Below, in pieces: positions 38,832 to 48,967 of a DNA stretch of 64,000 nucleotides; within the stretch, counting starts at the first letter, position 1; each line of letters starts with the position of its first letter. Under the pieces are notes generated by a model. That model was not told the origin of the DNA and made no database searches. It saw nothing but the letters and a program-made list of their open reading frames with translations. Location: NCBI GenBank assembly GCA_037445735.1, contig JBBIJY010000003.1:1-64000 (forward strand), given 5' to 3'. Both the position numbers and the translations under genes were made by a program. Source of the DNA: Armatimonadota bacterium. GTDB taxonomy: Bacteria; Armatimonadota; Fimbriimonadia; Fimbriimonadales; GBS-DC.

Positions 38832-39299
38832 ATGGCAGAGATGATGGTGCTGCTGCAGGCGCTGCTGCTGGTGGCAGGCTGGCTGCTCTTCTTGCGGGCG
38901 CAGGCGGAGTTGCGGGCGCAGGCAGCACGCCAGTCGCTCACCGGCGAGATGGAAGAGCTGCGCCGTACCGTCGACGCGCTCCTGCAACGGCTCACCCGGG
39001 AAGCCGAATCTGCTGAGGCGCGCGTGCAAGCCGCCATCCACACGCTCCAGCAGACGCTGAACGGGGCCCAATCCCCGCAGCCAGTGCCAGAGACCACCAC
39101 CGAATCGCCCCCTGTGGAAACCCCCACCCCCACTATCGGGTATAAAATAGGCGAGAATGAGCCACACGCTTTTGGCACCGTCGCCGTGCTGGCGCAACAG
39201 GGCTTGAGCATCCAGGAAATCGCCCATCAAACGGGCTATGCACCAGGCGAAGTGGAACTCATTCTCAACTTGCAACGCCGACACCTGGAGGAGGAATGA
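38832..39299 (+). CDS. Membrane-anchored coiled-coil protein with C-terminal HTH (DUF2802/DUF6115-like)
   Basis: N-terminal TM helix, coiled coil, LAQQGLSIQEIAHQTGYAPGEVELILNL. Confidence 0.7.
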   Translation: MAEMMVLLQALLLVAGWLLFLRAQAELRAQAARQSLTGEMEELRRTVDALLQRLTREAESAEARVQAAIHTLQQTLNGAQSPQPVPETTTESPPVETPTPTIGYKIGENEPHAFGTVAVLAQQGLSIQEIAHQTGYAPGEVELILNLQRRHLEEE

Positions 39300-40342
39300 T
39301 GAAATATTCGATCGGAATTTGCTGGATCACAGGGCTGATAGCGGTGCTGATGCTACCTGCCTGCCGTTCAGGCGAGCCGTCCGTCGCCACAATCAACGAT
39401 AAACAGATACCCCGTGAGGAGTATTACCGACGGCTCGAAATAGTCAATCTGCCCGTGCAGATTGCACCAAACCAGTTCGTCACAATCCCCGCGGGCTATG
39501 CAGTGCTGCTGGCTATGATTCGTGAGCAGGTGCTGCTGCAAATGGCACGGGAGAAGGGTGTTATGCCGACCGATAAACAGGTCGAAGAGCGCGTCGAACG
39601 CGACTTCAAGAACAATCCCCAGATCAAGCAAGCCATCACCGAGCAGAAGATCATGACGCTGGACGAATATCGGCAGCAGGTTCGGGTGAATCTGGCTTAC
39701 TTTAACCTTATCACGCGCGGCGTGACCGTCACCGAGCAGGAGGTTCGAGAGTATTACGAACAGCGCAAGCGCGACTTTTATCGCCCCGCCTCCGTCCGCG
39801 TGCGCTATGTGGCGGTGGGGAACCCCCTCATCCGCAAGCAAATCGATGATGACCTAAAGCGCGGCTTCAGCTTCCAGAGCATCGTGCAAAAGTACGCGCA
39901 GAACCCCGCTGCGAACACCCAGGCCGGCGAGGGGGAAATCGCGATCGAGGGACCCATCCAGGCGCAGAACCAGGCACAGATGGCGCTGCAACAGCAGACC
40001 CGCCGTGTCTTACAAAATGCCAAGGTGGGACAGGTAACCGACTGGATCGAACTGGGGAATACCGCAATCCGATATGAGATCATCACCCGCCTGCCCGGTC
40101 GCCAGCTGCCCTTCGAGGAGGTGAAAGAAACCATCCGCGAACAACTGCTGTGGCAGAAGGGCATCCAGAAAAATCGGGACATCGATGTCGAGATTGCCCG
40201 CGCCGTCGCCAGAGCGAAGGTCGAGATTCTCAACCCGCGCTGGAAAGAGCGCTACGAAAAAGACCTGGAGCAGGTACGCAAGTCGCTGGAGGAGCAGGCA
40301 AAGCAAACGAGCCAGACCAATCCGACAGGCTCGACTCGTTGA
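39296..40342 (+). CDS. SurA/PrsA-like foldase lipoprotein
   Basis: Lipobox LPA-C, VATIN...I..EE, V.E.EV..YY, LPFEEVKETI. Confidence 0.78.
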   Translation: MMKYSIGICWITGLIAVLMLPACRSGEPSVATINDKQIPREEYYRRLEIVNLPVQIAPNQFVTIPAGYAVLLAMIREQVLLQMAREKGVMPTDKQVEERVERDFKNNPQIKQAITEQKIMTLDEYRQQVRVNLAYFNLITRGVTVTEQEVREYYEQRKRDFYRPASVRVRYVAVGNPLIRKQIDDDLKRGFSFQSIVQKYAQNPAANTQAGEGEIAIEGPIQAQNQAQMALQQQTRRVLQNAKVGQVTDWIELGNTAIRYEIITRLPGRQLPFEEVKETIREQLLWQKGIQKNRDIDVEIARAVARAKVEILNPRWKERYEKDLEQVRKSLEEQAKQTSQTNPTGSTR

Positions 40343-40357
40343 CAGGCTGGTCTTGCG

Positions 40358-41806
40358 ATGATCTATCTGGTGGGGCTGGGGGCAGGCGGTGCGCGGGAGA
40401 TGAGCGCGGAGGCGCTGGGCGCGCTTCGGCGCGCCCAGCGGGTGCTGTTGCGAACCGCCAGCCACCCCGCTGCCACCACACTGCGCCTGGCAGGCATCGC
40501 CTTCGAATCGCTGGATGAGCTGGCGCCCGATGCGGATGCGGATGCGAATGCGCGCGCCCATCGCATCGCCGAGTTCGTGCTGAACGCCGCGCGGGAAGCC
40601 AGCCCCATCGCCTACGCCGTGCCCGGACACCCCCTCATCGCCGAAGATTCGGTGCGAATCGTGCTCGAACGCGCCCAGCAAGAGGGCATCCCCACACGCC
40701 TGGTGCCCAGCCGCAGCTTTGTAGAACCTGTGCTGGAAGCCGTCGGCTACACCCTGAGCCACGGACTGCAACTGCTGGACGCTGGCACCCTGCCCCGTGT
40801 GCAACCGAACCCGAACCTGGCGCAGATTTATTATCAGTTAGAATCGCCCGAACTGGTGCGCCGCGTGCAGACCGAACTTCTGCGCCACTACCCGCCCGAC
40901 TTCCCCGTCACACTGGTGCATGCCGCGGGCATCGAAGGCGCAACGGAGGTCAAAACGGTGCCGCTGGCGCAGTTAGACCAGCAGCGGTACGACCCGCTCA
41001 CCAGCCTGTTCGTGCCGCCCGCGCCGCAGCGCCAGCGCCGCTTCGAAGGATTCGACGGGCTGGCAGAGATTGTCGCCATCCTGCGCAGCCCCGAAGGCTG
41101 CCCGTGGGACCGGGAGCAGACCCACGAAAGCCTCAAGCCCTTCCTGATTGAGGAGGCGTACGAGGTCATCGACGCCCTCGATTCGGGCGACGCCGATAAA
41201 CTGTGCGAGGAGCTGGGCGACCTGCTGCTGCAGGTGATGTTGCACAGCCAGCTGGCGAAGGAGCGCGGCGCGTTCGACATCTATCAGGTGGTTCAGCGAC
41301 TGAACGACAAGCTGGTACAGCGCCACCCGCATGTGTTCGGCGATGTCGCGCTGGAGAACGCCGACGAGGTGCTGCGCAACTGGGATCGGCTCAAGCGCGA
41401 GCAGCGAGCGCACGCCTCGATCCTGGAGGGCATCCCGCGCTCGATGCCCGCATTACTGCGGGCGCTGGAGGTCTCCCGGCGCGCCTCCCGCGCAGGCTTC
41501 GAGTGGGAGAGCATCCAGGGCGTGCTGGAAAAGCTCGAAGAAGAGGAGCGCGAGCTGCGCCGCGCCATCGAAAGCGGCTCGGAAGAACGCATCGACGCCG
41601 AAATCGGCGACCTGCTGTTCACGGCGGTGAACATCGCCCGCCACGCGGGGCTGAACCCCGAAGAGAGCCTGCGCCGCATGGTCGATCGCTTCATCCAGCG
41701 ATTCCACTGGATGGAGCAGGCGGTTGCTCAACAGGGACGCACCCTCGAATCGCTCACGCCTGACGAGTGGGAAGCCCTCTGGCAGCAGGCGAAACAGCAG
41801 ACATAG
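40358..41806 (+). CDS. mazG: Tetrapyrrole methylase-MazG fusion (YabN-like)
   Basis: LVGLGAG...YAVPGHP; LRSPEGCPWDREQTH, EEAYEV, EELGDLLLQV, RHPHVF, EIGDLLF. Confidence 0.93.
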   Translation: MIYLVGLGAGGAREMSAEALGALRRAQRVLLRTASHPAATTLRLAGIAFESLDELAPDADADANARAHRIAEFVLNAAREASPIAYAVPGHPLIAEDSVRIVLERAQQEGIPTRLVPSRSFVEPVLEAVGYTLSHGLQLLDAGTLPRVQPNPNLAQIYYQLESPELVRRVQTELLRHYPPDFPVTLVHAAGIEGATEVKTVPLAQLDQQRYDPLTSLFVPPAPQRQRRFEGFDGLAEIVAILRSPEGCPWDREQTHESLKPFLIEEAYEVIDALDSGDADKLCEELGDLLLQVMLHSQLAKERGAFDIYQVVQRLNDKLVQRHPHVFGDVALENADEVLRNWDRLKREQRAHASILEGIPRSMPALLRALEVSRRASRAGFEWESIQGVLEKLEEEERELRRAIESGSEERIDAEIGDLLFTAVNIARHAGLNPEESLRRMVDRFIQRFHWMEQAVAQQGRTLESLTPDEWEALWQQAKQQT

Positions 41807-41810
41807 CGCA

Positions 41811-42716
41811 TCAACGACACGCCTGCAGGAATCGGCTCGGCGGCGTGCCCCGCTGGAGATATTGCAAAATATAACGCGCCGCCTCAGCGACCTTCCGCTG
41901 ATCGACGCCCGTCTCGATGCCCATCCCGTGCAGCATGGTGAGCAGGTCTTCGGTGGCGAGGTTGCCCGCTGCGCCGGGCGCGAAGGGACAGCCGCCCAGC
42001 CCGCCCGCACTGCTATCAAAAATCGACACGCCTATCTGCAACGCCATCAGCACATTCGCCAGCGCCATCCCGTAGGTGTCGTGAAAGTGATAAGCGAGCT
42101 GTTCCAGCGGCAACACACCCTGCAATCGCTCGGTCAGCTGGGCGACCTGTGTGGGCACAGCGGCGCCTATCGTGTCGCCGAGGCTGATCTCGTCCACGCC
42201 CATCGTTAGCAGCCGTTCCACGATGGGCAACACTTTATCGGGGCTGATGATGCCCTCATAGGGGCACACGAACGCCGTCGAGATGTACGCCCGCACCCAC
42301 AGACCCGCCTGACGCGCCTGCGCCACCACCTGCTCGAACTCCTGCAGCGACTGCTCTATTGTGCGATTGAGATTCTTCTGGCAGAAGGTCTCGGAGGCGG
42401 CGGTGAAGATGGCGATTTCGCGCGCGCCAGCCGTCAGCGCCCGCTCCAGTCCCTTAAGGTTCGGAACCAGCACGGGATAGCGCACGCCTGATAGCCGCCG
42501 AAGCCCCATCAGCACCTGCTCGGCGTCGGCAAGCTGGGGCACCCAGCGCGGGCTGACGAACGAGGTCGCCTCCACCACCGATAGCCCCGCCTCCGCCAGC
42601 ATCTCGATGAAGCGAATTTTCGCTTCGGTCGGCACGAAGGTCGGCTCGTTCTGCAGCCCGTCGCGCGCGCCAACCTCCACCACCTGAACCCGCTTCGGAA
42701 ATGAAAACGCGCTCAT
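41811..42716 (-). CDS. Hydroxymethylglutaryl-CoA lyase
   Basis: EVGARDGLQNE, TSFVSPRWVPQ, SLGDTIG, HFHDTYG, GGLGGCPFAPGAAGNLATED. Confidence 0.95.
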   Translation of the reverse strand: MSAFSFPKRVQVVEVGARDGLQNEPTFVPTEAKIRFIEMLAEAGLSVVEATSFVSPRWVPQLADAEQVLMGLRRLSGVRYPVLVPNLKGLERALTAGAREIAIFTAASETFCQKNLNRTIEQSLQEFEQVVAQARQAGLWVRAYISTAFVCPYEGIISPDKVLPIVERLLTMGVDEISLGDTIGAAVPTQVAQLTERLQGVLPLEQLAYHFHDTYGMALANVLMALQIGVSIFDSSAGGLGGCPFAPGAAGNLATEDLLTMLHGMGIETGVDQRKVAEAARYILQYLQRGTPPSRFLQACR

Positions 42717-42983
42717 CCGAATCGCTTCTGCTGATTCGCGAAGTTGAAGCCTGTTCCTGCTTTTCCGGTTCGCAGAACCCATCGCTCCAGAAGGGAGGCA
42801 ATCAGCAGGCTCAACGCCAGCAGCCCGCCCGCGCCGCAACCGCGTCGCCTTGAACACCCTCCATCCACCAGCGGCGCACACAGACCCTGCCAATACACCG
42901 GTTCTCACCGTCCCAGCCCATTCTCATATCGGCACTGCGCGGATGGTCTATCCCCCGCAACCCGCTCGGTCTCCTTCACAGGG

Positions 42984-43510
42984 CTATCCATTTTTGACAA
43001 TCCGTATCTGCTCTACAAAGATAAGGTCTGGTTTCGTTCTGCCCTGAGCATCCAGTGGTCCTGCCCAGGGACACCAGTAGCCCCGCACTTCCAGCTCCAT
43101 GCCTAACTTCAGCCCCAGCAAGTGCTGCTGCTGAAAGCTTCTCTGCCATCGCGGATCTCCTATCAAGCGAACCTTCCGACGCAGCTTCACCCTCACAATC
43201 CTGTCAGCCGATTTCAGTTTACCCTGCCACCCGCCAGTGTCTTCATCTACCTCAACCAGTTGTCCTTTCAGTTGTGCAGGCGGCAGGTATAGTTTCCAGC
43301 TAACAAGGCGCACTTCTGGACTGTCTATGGAGGCTTCCGAGTCGCTTACAGTCAGTTCTCCTCGCAAGATTACCCGCATACCCAACTCCAGTTCCTCCGC
43401 CACCTTGCGACTCAAGTCGATGTCAGCAAGGTTGGTCACCCCGCGACAGCACCGACTGCGACCACGCCTCTCACGGGGTCGATCCTCACAACGGATAAAC
43501 ACACAACCAT
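42984..43510 (-). pseudogene. Hypothetical beta-rich (OB-fold/DUF5666-like) protein with apparent frameshift at ~43440
   Basis: AGGAG-ATG at 43510 gives MVVCLSVVRIDPVRGVVAVGAVAG then stop. One extra G in the GGGG run would join it to the long frame containing LELGMRVILRG and LKLGMELEVRG. Confidence 0.4.
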
Positions 43511-43525
43511 CTCCTCTTCGTCTGC

Positions 43526-44740
43526 CTATGCTGGTTGCAGTGGGATGCGCACGCGGAAGGTGGTGCCCTTGCCCGGTGCGCTGGTGGCGTCCCACTGACC
43601 CCTGTGTGCCAGCACCGCGCTGCGGATGATTCGGGTTCCCAGTCCTGTGCCGCCCGCCTTGCTGCTGGTAGCGCGTCCATCCAGAATCTCGCGCACGCGG
43701 AAGGCGGGCATACCCGCGCCCGTGTCGCTCACCTCCAGCTCCAGATAGAGATGACCCCTGCCGTTGTCTTCCGGATGCGCCCGCACCATCACTTCGCCAC
43801 CGGGCGGCGTCGCCTCAATCGCATTATGCAGCAGGTTGTACACCATGCGCTCGATAAGGAATCGATCCAGCAGGGCGGGCGGGGTCGGCTTAATATCGGT
43901 TTTGATGGAGACCTGTTTCTGGCGCGCCAGCGGCATCAGTGCGCCCACCCGCGATTCGACAATCTCGGCGAACGAATGCGGCTCCAGTTTCACTTCGGAG
44001 GTGGCGCCCCGGATGGCGTCGGCGACCAGCTGGGTGTCGCGATAGACCTCTGTTGTCGCGCCATAGATCGCGCCCAGCGCCTCCTGCATCATCATGTAGG
44101 CTTCCGGATGAACGCGCGCAATCTCGCTCAGATAGGGGTCGATGGTCTGGATCCAGCCCAGCACCACATTCACCTTATTTTTGATGTCGTGCGCCAGCGT
44201 GCCCATCGTTTCGGCTAAATGGGCTAACTCGGCGTCGCGTGCGAGCTGCGCGTTCTGGATTGCCAGCGCAGCGATGTCGGCAATAATGCCTGTCATCGTC
44301 AGGTCATCTTCGCTGAACACGCCCTGCCGACGGTTCACCAGCTGCATCACGCCCAGCATCTCACCGTCGGCGCTGCGCATCGGCACGGTCAGCAGGCTGG
44401 TGGTGCGATGGCGCAACGCGATGTCGACGCGCGGCGAGTGTTGCGGGTCATGTTCAGGGTCGAGTGTGAGTTTGGGCTGACCTGTGCGGAACACCTCGCC
44501 CGCGATGCCCTCGTCCACATCGAGCGACATGCCCTGCAGTTCATGGCTCTTATCGCCCACCACATAGCGGAACACCAGCGCCTTGAGCGACGGGTCGTAG
44601 AGCAGGATCGAGCCGCCTTCCGCGTCCACACTCTGCATCGCCACCTGCAGAATGCGGCGCAGGCGCTCCTCGAAATCGAGTGCAGTGAACAGCTGCTGCG
44701 TCACCGCCTGAATCACCTGAATGCGATTACGCTCTTCCAT
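43526..44740 (-). CDS. GAF-sensor histidine kinase
   Basis: GAF domain; H-box LAHDIKN, N-box NLLHNAIEA, G1 DTGAGM, G2 GTGLG. Confidence 0.92.
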   Translation of the reverse strand: MEERNRIQVIQAVTQQLFTALDFEERLRRILQVAMQSVDAEGGSILLYDPSLKALVFRYVVGDKSHELQGMSLDVDEGIAGEVFRTGQPKLTLDPEHDPQHSPRVDIALRHRTTSLLTVPMRSADGEMLGVMQLVNRRQGVFSEDDLTMTGIIADIAALAIQNAQLARDAELAHLAETMGTLAHDIKNKVNVVLGWIQTIDPYLSEIARVHPEAYMMMQEALGAIYGATTEVYRDTQLVADAIRGATSEVKLEPHSFAEIVESRVGALMPLARQKQVSIKTDIKPTPPALLDRFLIERMVYNLLHNAIEATPPGGEVMVRAHPEDNGRGHLYLELEVSDTGAGMPAFRVREILDGRATSSKAGGTGLGTRIIRSAVLAHRGQWDATSAPGKGTTFRVRIPLQPA

Positions 44741-44785
44741 CGATACCTCCTGAATTGCCAGATACCCAACGACTTTGCCATGGGA

Positions 44786-45688
44786 TTATTCGACGGGCGT
44801 TGCGCCGTTTCCTGCATGGGGCACCACCTGTTCGGGCGCGATTTGCACCGCGTGGAGGGCGGCTTGCAGGGCGCGGGCGGCGTCGGTGGTCAGCAGGACG
44901 CCGATCAGCTCGGTGTCGCGCACATCGGTTCCCAGCGCTCGCGCCTGCTGACGCACATACTCCAGCACGCGATAGAGGTCGGTGCGGTCGGGACGGGTGA
45001 GATTGAGCGAGACCTGTGCTGTCTGGCGTGAGGGGAGCCAGAAGCCCAGCGCGCGCACGCCCTGCAGGGCGGGGTTGGTTGCCCGCTCGCGCCGAATCTG
45101 GCGGGCAATCTGCCGCGCCAGCGCCGCATCGGGCGTTTGCAGGTTGATGTTGAACGCGATCAGCGGGTCGCGCACGCCCAGCACGGTCGCGCCCGCCGTC
45201 GGATGCAGCTGCGCCCTGCCGTAATCGGGCGGATAGTGCTCAACGCCCGCATTCACCCGCTGGCGAATGGTTGGCAAATCGCGGATGCGCCCCTCGGCAG
45301 CCGAATGCTCATACAGATAGACGGGCACACGCAGTTGTTGCGCAAAACGGCACGCCAGCCGACGGGAGAAGGCGACCGCCTGCTCGCGCGACAGCCCCTC
45401 CAGCACCGTCAGCGGCACCACATCGACCGCTCCGATGCGTGGGTGAACGCCCTGATGCACGCGCAGATCGATGCGCTCGATGGCGACCTGCGCCGCGTGC
45501 AGCACCGCCCGCGCCACCTGGCGCGGCGTGCCCGAAAACGCCAGCACCATCCGATGATGGTCATAATCCCACGAGAGGTGATGCACCACCACACCCGCCG
45601 CGCGTGCCGCGTCGGCAATCGCATGAATGGTCGCCTCGTCGCGACCTTCCGAAAAGTTCGGCACGCACAACAGGCGCGGACGGCTCAT
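44786..45688 (-). CDS. ftcD: Glutamate formimidoyltransferase
   Basis: CVPNFSEGRD, D.DHHR, IDLR.H.GVHPRIGAVDVVP, HPTAGA, QVSLNL. Confidence 0.9.
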   Translation of the reverse strand: MSRPRLLCVPNFSEGRDEATIHAIADAARAAGVVVHHLSWDYDHHRMVLAFSGTPRQVARAVLHAAQVAIERIDLRVHQGVHPRIGAVDVVPLTVLEGLSREQAVAFSRRLACRFAQQLRVPVYLYEHSAAEGRIRDLPTIRQRVNAGVEHYPPDYGRAQLHPTAGATVLGVRDPLIAFNINLQTPDAALARQIARQIRRERATNPALQGVRALGFWLPSRQTAQVSLNLTRPDRTDLYRVLEYVRQQARALGTDVRDTELIGVLLTTDAARALQAALHAVQIAPEQVVPHAGNGATPVE

Positions 45689-46419
45689 GACAGGCTCACC
45701 GGTTCAGGCACGAGGCTCAACAGCTCATGGAGCGTGCGCAGGATCGGCACTGGCGCATCGGGTTCGGGAACGGGTGCGCCTTCGCGATTGAGCCACGCCG
45801 CGCGCCAGCCCACCTGCAAGGCGCCCTTCACATCATGCTCCCACGAGTTGCCCACGAACAGAATCTGCGCGGGCGCCACCTCCAGCTGGTGCTGAACCCA
45901 CCGAAAGAGCGCGGGGTCAGGCTTGCCGACGCCCCGCTCGCCTTCGATCGCAATCACCTCAAAATAGGGTTCCAGTCCGAGCAGACGCAGCTCGCGCCGC
46001 TGCTCCAGCGCGGGTCCGTTCGTGATGAGAAACAGCCGATAGTGCGGGCGCAGGGCGTTCAGCACTGGCAGGGCGTCCTCATATAACTGCAACTGTTGCT
46101 CGCGCAGCTGCAGATAGCGGGCGCTAAGCTGTTCGGCGAGCCGGTCGGATGGAACCCCTAACAGCGCCAGCATGCGGCGCATCGTCTCGGTGCGCGTCGG
46201 CTCGCCGCTGTGCAGATAGCGCGAGCGCCACGGCTCCCGCTGGATTTCGTCCATCATCTGCCAGAACGCCTGCCGATACGCCTGATCGATGGTGTCGAGA
46301 TCCAGCCCCGTCAGGGGCTGAACCAGCTCTGCGAACGCCTGCCGCCGCGCCCGTACCGCCACCGGCATATAGACGCACAGCGTATCGTCCAGATCGAACC
46401 CGATAGCCTGCAACTCCAT
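45685..46419 (-). CDS. HAD-family hydrolase
   Basis: FDLDDTL, ITNG, KPDP, FVGNSWEHDV.GA. Confidence 0.92.
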   Translation of the reverse strand: MELQAIGFDLDDTLCVYMPVAVRARRQAFAELVQPLTGLDLDTIDQAYRQAFWQMMDEIQREPWRSRYLHSGEPTRTETMRRMLALLGVPSDRLAEQLSARYLQLREQQLQLYEDALPVLNALRPHYRLFLITNGPALEQRRELRLLGLEPYFEVIAIEGERGVGKPDPALFRWVQHQLEVAPAQILFVGNSWEHDVKGALQVGWRAAWLNREGAPVPEPDAPVPILRTLHELLSLVPEPVSLS

Positions 46420-46483
46420 CGCACAGAGTGTACCCCCTCTTTCAGCAGGAGAATCGGGCGGGAGCGCGAAACGCTTTAGTGCT

Positions 46484-48910
46484 ATGCGCAGAGGCATGGG
46501 AAAGATGATAGCGGGTGTGCTGTTATTGCCGACGCTGTTGCTGTGGGCGTCGCTGACCGATGGCGAATCGCGCTATATCGGCATGCGGATGGCGAACGGG
46601 CAGCTTATGCCTGCCCCGCCCGGAAGCGACCTGACGGAGCCAGCGACGGGGTTGCAAAAGGCGTTCCCGCCGATTGTTCAGCCTGACGACAACCCCACCA
46701 CGCCCGAAAAGGTGGAGCTGGGACGCATGCTCTTTTTCGACCCGATTCTTTCGGACGACAACACGCTCTCCTGTGCGCACTGCCATCATCCCGATCTGGG
46801 TTTCTCGGACGGGTTGCCGCGTTCACGGGGCAGGGGTGCGCAGGGCGCGGGCATCCATCGCAGGGCGGGCATCGAACTCACGCGCGGCGCGCCCACCCTC
46901 TGGAACGCGCTCTATAACCACCGCCAGTTCTGGGACGGACGCGCCGCCGATCTGGAGGAGCAAGCCCGCATGGTCATCACCACGCCCGAAGAGGTGAACG
47001 CCGACCCCGACGCGCTGGTGCGCGAGCTGAAAGCCATTCCCGAGTATCGGCGACTGTTCGACCGCGCCTTCGGCGGGCAGAACGGTGAATCGATCACCTT
47101 CGGCAATATCGCGCGGGCGATTGCCGCCTTTGAGCGCACGCTGGTCAGTTTCAACTCGCGCTTTGACCGCTATGCGGCGGGCGACGGCAGCGCGCTCACC
47201 CCGCAGGAGAAGCGTGGGCTGAAGCTGTTCCTGTCGCCCAAAACGCGCTGTAATGAGTGCCACGGACTGCCCACCTTCGCCAATCGCGACTTCAAGGTGA
47301 TTGGCGTGCCCAATCCGCCCGACGGTCCGCCCGATGTGCCGAAAGCGGGAGCCGAACCCGGACGCGGCGGCGGACCCAACGGCGCGTTCAAAATCCCCAC
47401 CCTGCGCAATATCGCGCTCACCGCGCCCTATATGCATAACGGCATCTTCCAGACGCTGGAGGAGGTGCTGGACTTTTACTCGAACGGCGGCGGGCGCGGA
47501 CGCGGACTCGATGTGCCCCTGCAGGATGACAAGATTCGCAAGTTCACACTCACCCCGCAGGAGAAAGCCGACCTGATTGCCTTTCTGCTGGCGCTGACCG
47601 ACGAGAGCGCGAAGCCACCGATTCCAGAGCGCGTGCCGTCGGGGTTGCCAGTCGTGCCGCGTATGGCGCCCCATCTGCCCACGCGCCTGAACCTGCCCAG
47701 CCCCGAGCTGCGTCGCATCCGCGCGATGCAGAAGGAGCAGCGCTCCGACGCGCGTCGCACCGCTGATGCCAGCGCCACCCCGCGCCGCACGCGCCTGTCG
47801 ATGGCGTTCAGCCAGCCTTCGCCAGAAAGCCGGACTTTCTCACGCCCCTCGACGACGCGCGCCCAAACCGCCCCACAGCCGACTCGCGCCCGCATCGTCG
47901 AAGTGCGCCCGGGCGACAGCATCCAGGAAGCCGTCGACAAAGCGGGACGCAACGGCATCGTGCGCATCTACCCCGGCACCTACCACGAGAATGTGCTGGT
48001 CATCCATCACGGCATCACCATCGAAGGCGTGATCCAGAACGGCAGGCGCCCTGTGCTGGACGGCAAAAATCGCCTGCCCGATGCGATTGCCGCGCTCGGC
48101 AACGACTTCACCGTGCAGAACCTCGAAATCCGCAACTATCAGGGCAACGGCGTTGTGGTGCATAAAGCCCGCAATGTGACCTTCCGCAACCTGCGCATCC
48201 ATAATACGGGCGTGTACGGCATCTATCCCGTAGAGTGCGAGGGCGTGCTGGTCGAAAAGTGCGTCGTGTCGGGCGTCAAGGACGCGGGCATCTATGTGGG
48301 TCAATCGCGCAACATTATCGTGCGCCAGAATGAAGCCTTCGAAAATGTCGCAGGCATCGAGATCGAGAACTCGGTGAACGCGCTGGTGGAAGAGAACTAT
48401 GTCCATCGCAACACGGGCGGTATCCTTGTGTTCCTGCTGCCGTTCAACCCGTCCAAAGTGCAGGACACGACGGTTGTGCGACGCAATCGTGTGATGGAGA
48501 ACAACACGCCCAACTTTGGCGACCCGAACGCGATTGTGGCGAATGTGCTGAAGGGCACAGGCATCCTTATTCTGGCAGCTGACCGCACGGAGGTGTACGA
48601 GAACGAGGTGGTGGGCAACGGCTCGTTCGGGATTGCGGTGGTGAGCCTGCTCAATCTGTTCCCGCGCGACACCCGCTTCGATGTGGAGCCGTTCCCGGAT
48701 GGCAACCGCATCTACAATAACATCCTGCGCGAGAACGGCAAAGACCCCGACCCGCGCCTGAGCCGATTCGGCGTGCGCCCTGTCGACCTGCTCTGGGACA
48801 TGTCGGGGCGCGATAACCGCTGGCATCAGCCAGGCGCGACCACCTTCCCTGCGAACCTGCCCGGCGACTCACTCGCAACCGAGACCGAACCGAAGCAACA
48901 CAATCCGTAG
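46484..48910 (+). CDS. Di-heme cytochrome c peroxidase/MauG-like domain fused to a parallel beta-helix
   Basis: Signal peptide; LGRMLFFD..LS, CAHCH, QFWDGRA, CNECH, FKIPTLRN...TAPYMHNG. Then a beta-helix (YGIYPV, DAGIYVGQS, NVAGIEIENS, NTGGILVF). Confidence 0.9.
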   Translation: MRRGMGKMIAGVLLLPTLLLWASLTDGESRYIGMRMANGQLMPAPPGSDLTEPATGLQKAFPPIVQPDDNPTTPEKVELGRMLFFDPILSDDNTLSCAHCHHPDLGFSDGLPRSRGRGAQGAGIHRRAGIELTRGAPTLWNALYNHRQFWDGRAADLEEQARMVITTPEEVNADPDALVRELKAIPEYRRLFDRAFGGQNGESITFGNIARAIAAFERTLVSFNSRFDRYAAGDGSALTPQEKRGLKLFLSPKTRCNECHGLPTFANRDFKVIGVPNPPDGPPDVPKAGAEPGRGGGPNGAFKIPTLRNIALTAPYMHNGIFQTLEEVLDFYSNGGGRGRGLDVPLQDDKIRKFTLTPQEKADLIAFLLALTDESAKPPIPERVPSGLPVVPRMAPHLPTRLNLPSPELRRIRAMQKEQRSDARRTADASATPRRTRLSMAFSQPSPESRTFSRPSTTRAQTAPQPTRARIVEVRPGDSIQEAVDKAGRNGIVRIYPGTYHENVLVIHHGITIEGVIQNGRRPVLDGKNRLPDAIAALGNDFTVQNLEIRNYQGNGVVVHKARNVTFRNLRIHNTGVYGIYPVECEGVLVEKCVVSGVKDAGIYVGQSRNIIVRQNEAFENVAGIEIENSVNALVEENYVHRNTGGILVFLLPFNPSKVQDTTVVRRNRVMENNTPNFGDPNAIVANVLKGTGILILAADRTEVYENEVVGNGSFGIAVVSLLNLFPRDTRFDVEPFPDGNRIYNNILRENGKDPDPRLSRFGVRPVDLLWDMSGRDNRWHQPGATTFPANLPGDSLATETEPKQHNP

Positions 48911-48967
48911 GTCGCTGTCATCGGGGTAAAGAGTCAGGGTGCACCCCGACGGAGGAGGTTGAGGCGG

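Noticed and set aside
40529-40552. GATGCG microsatellite in mazG as a phase-variation site
   Set aside because: The unit is a multiple of three, short and in frame, so slippage would not switch the gene off.
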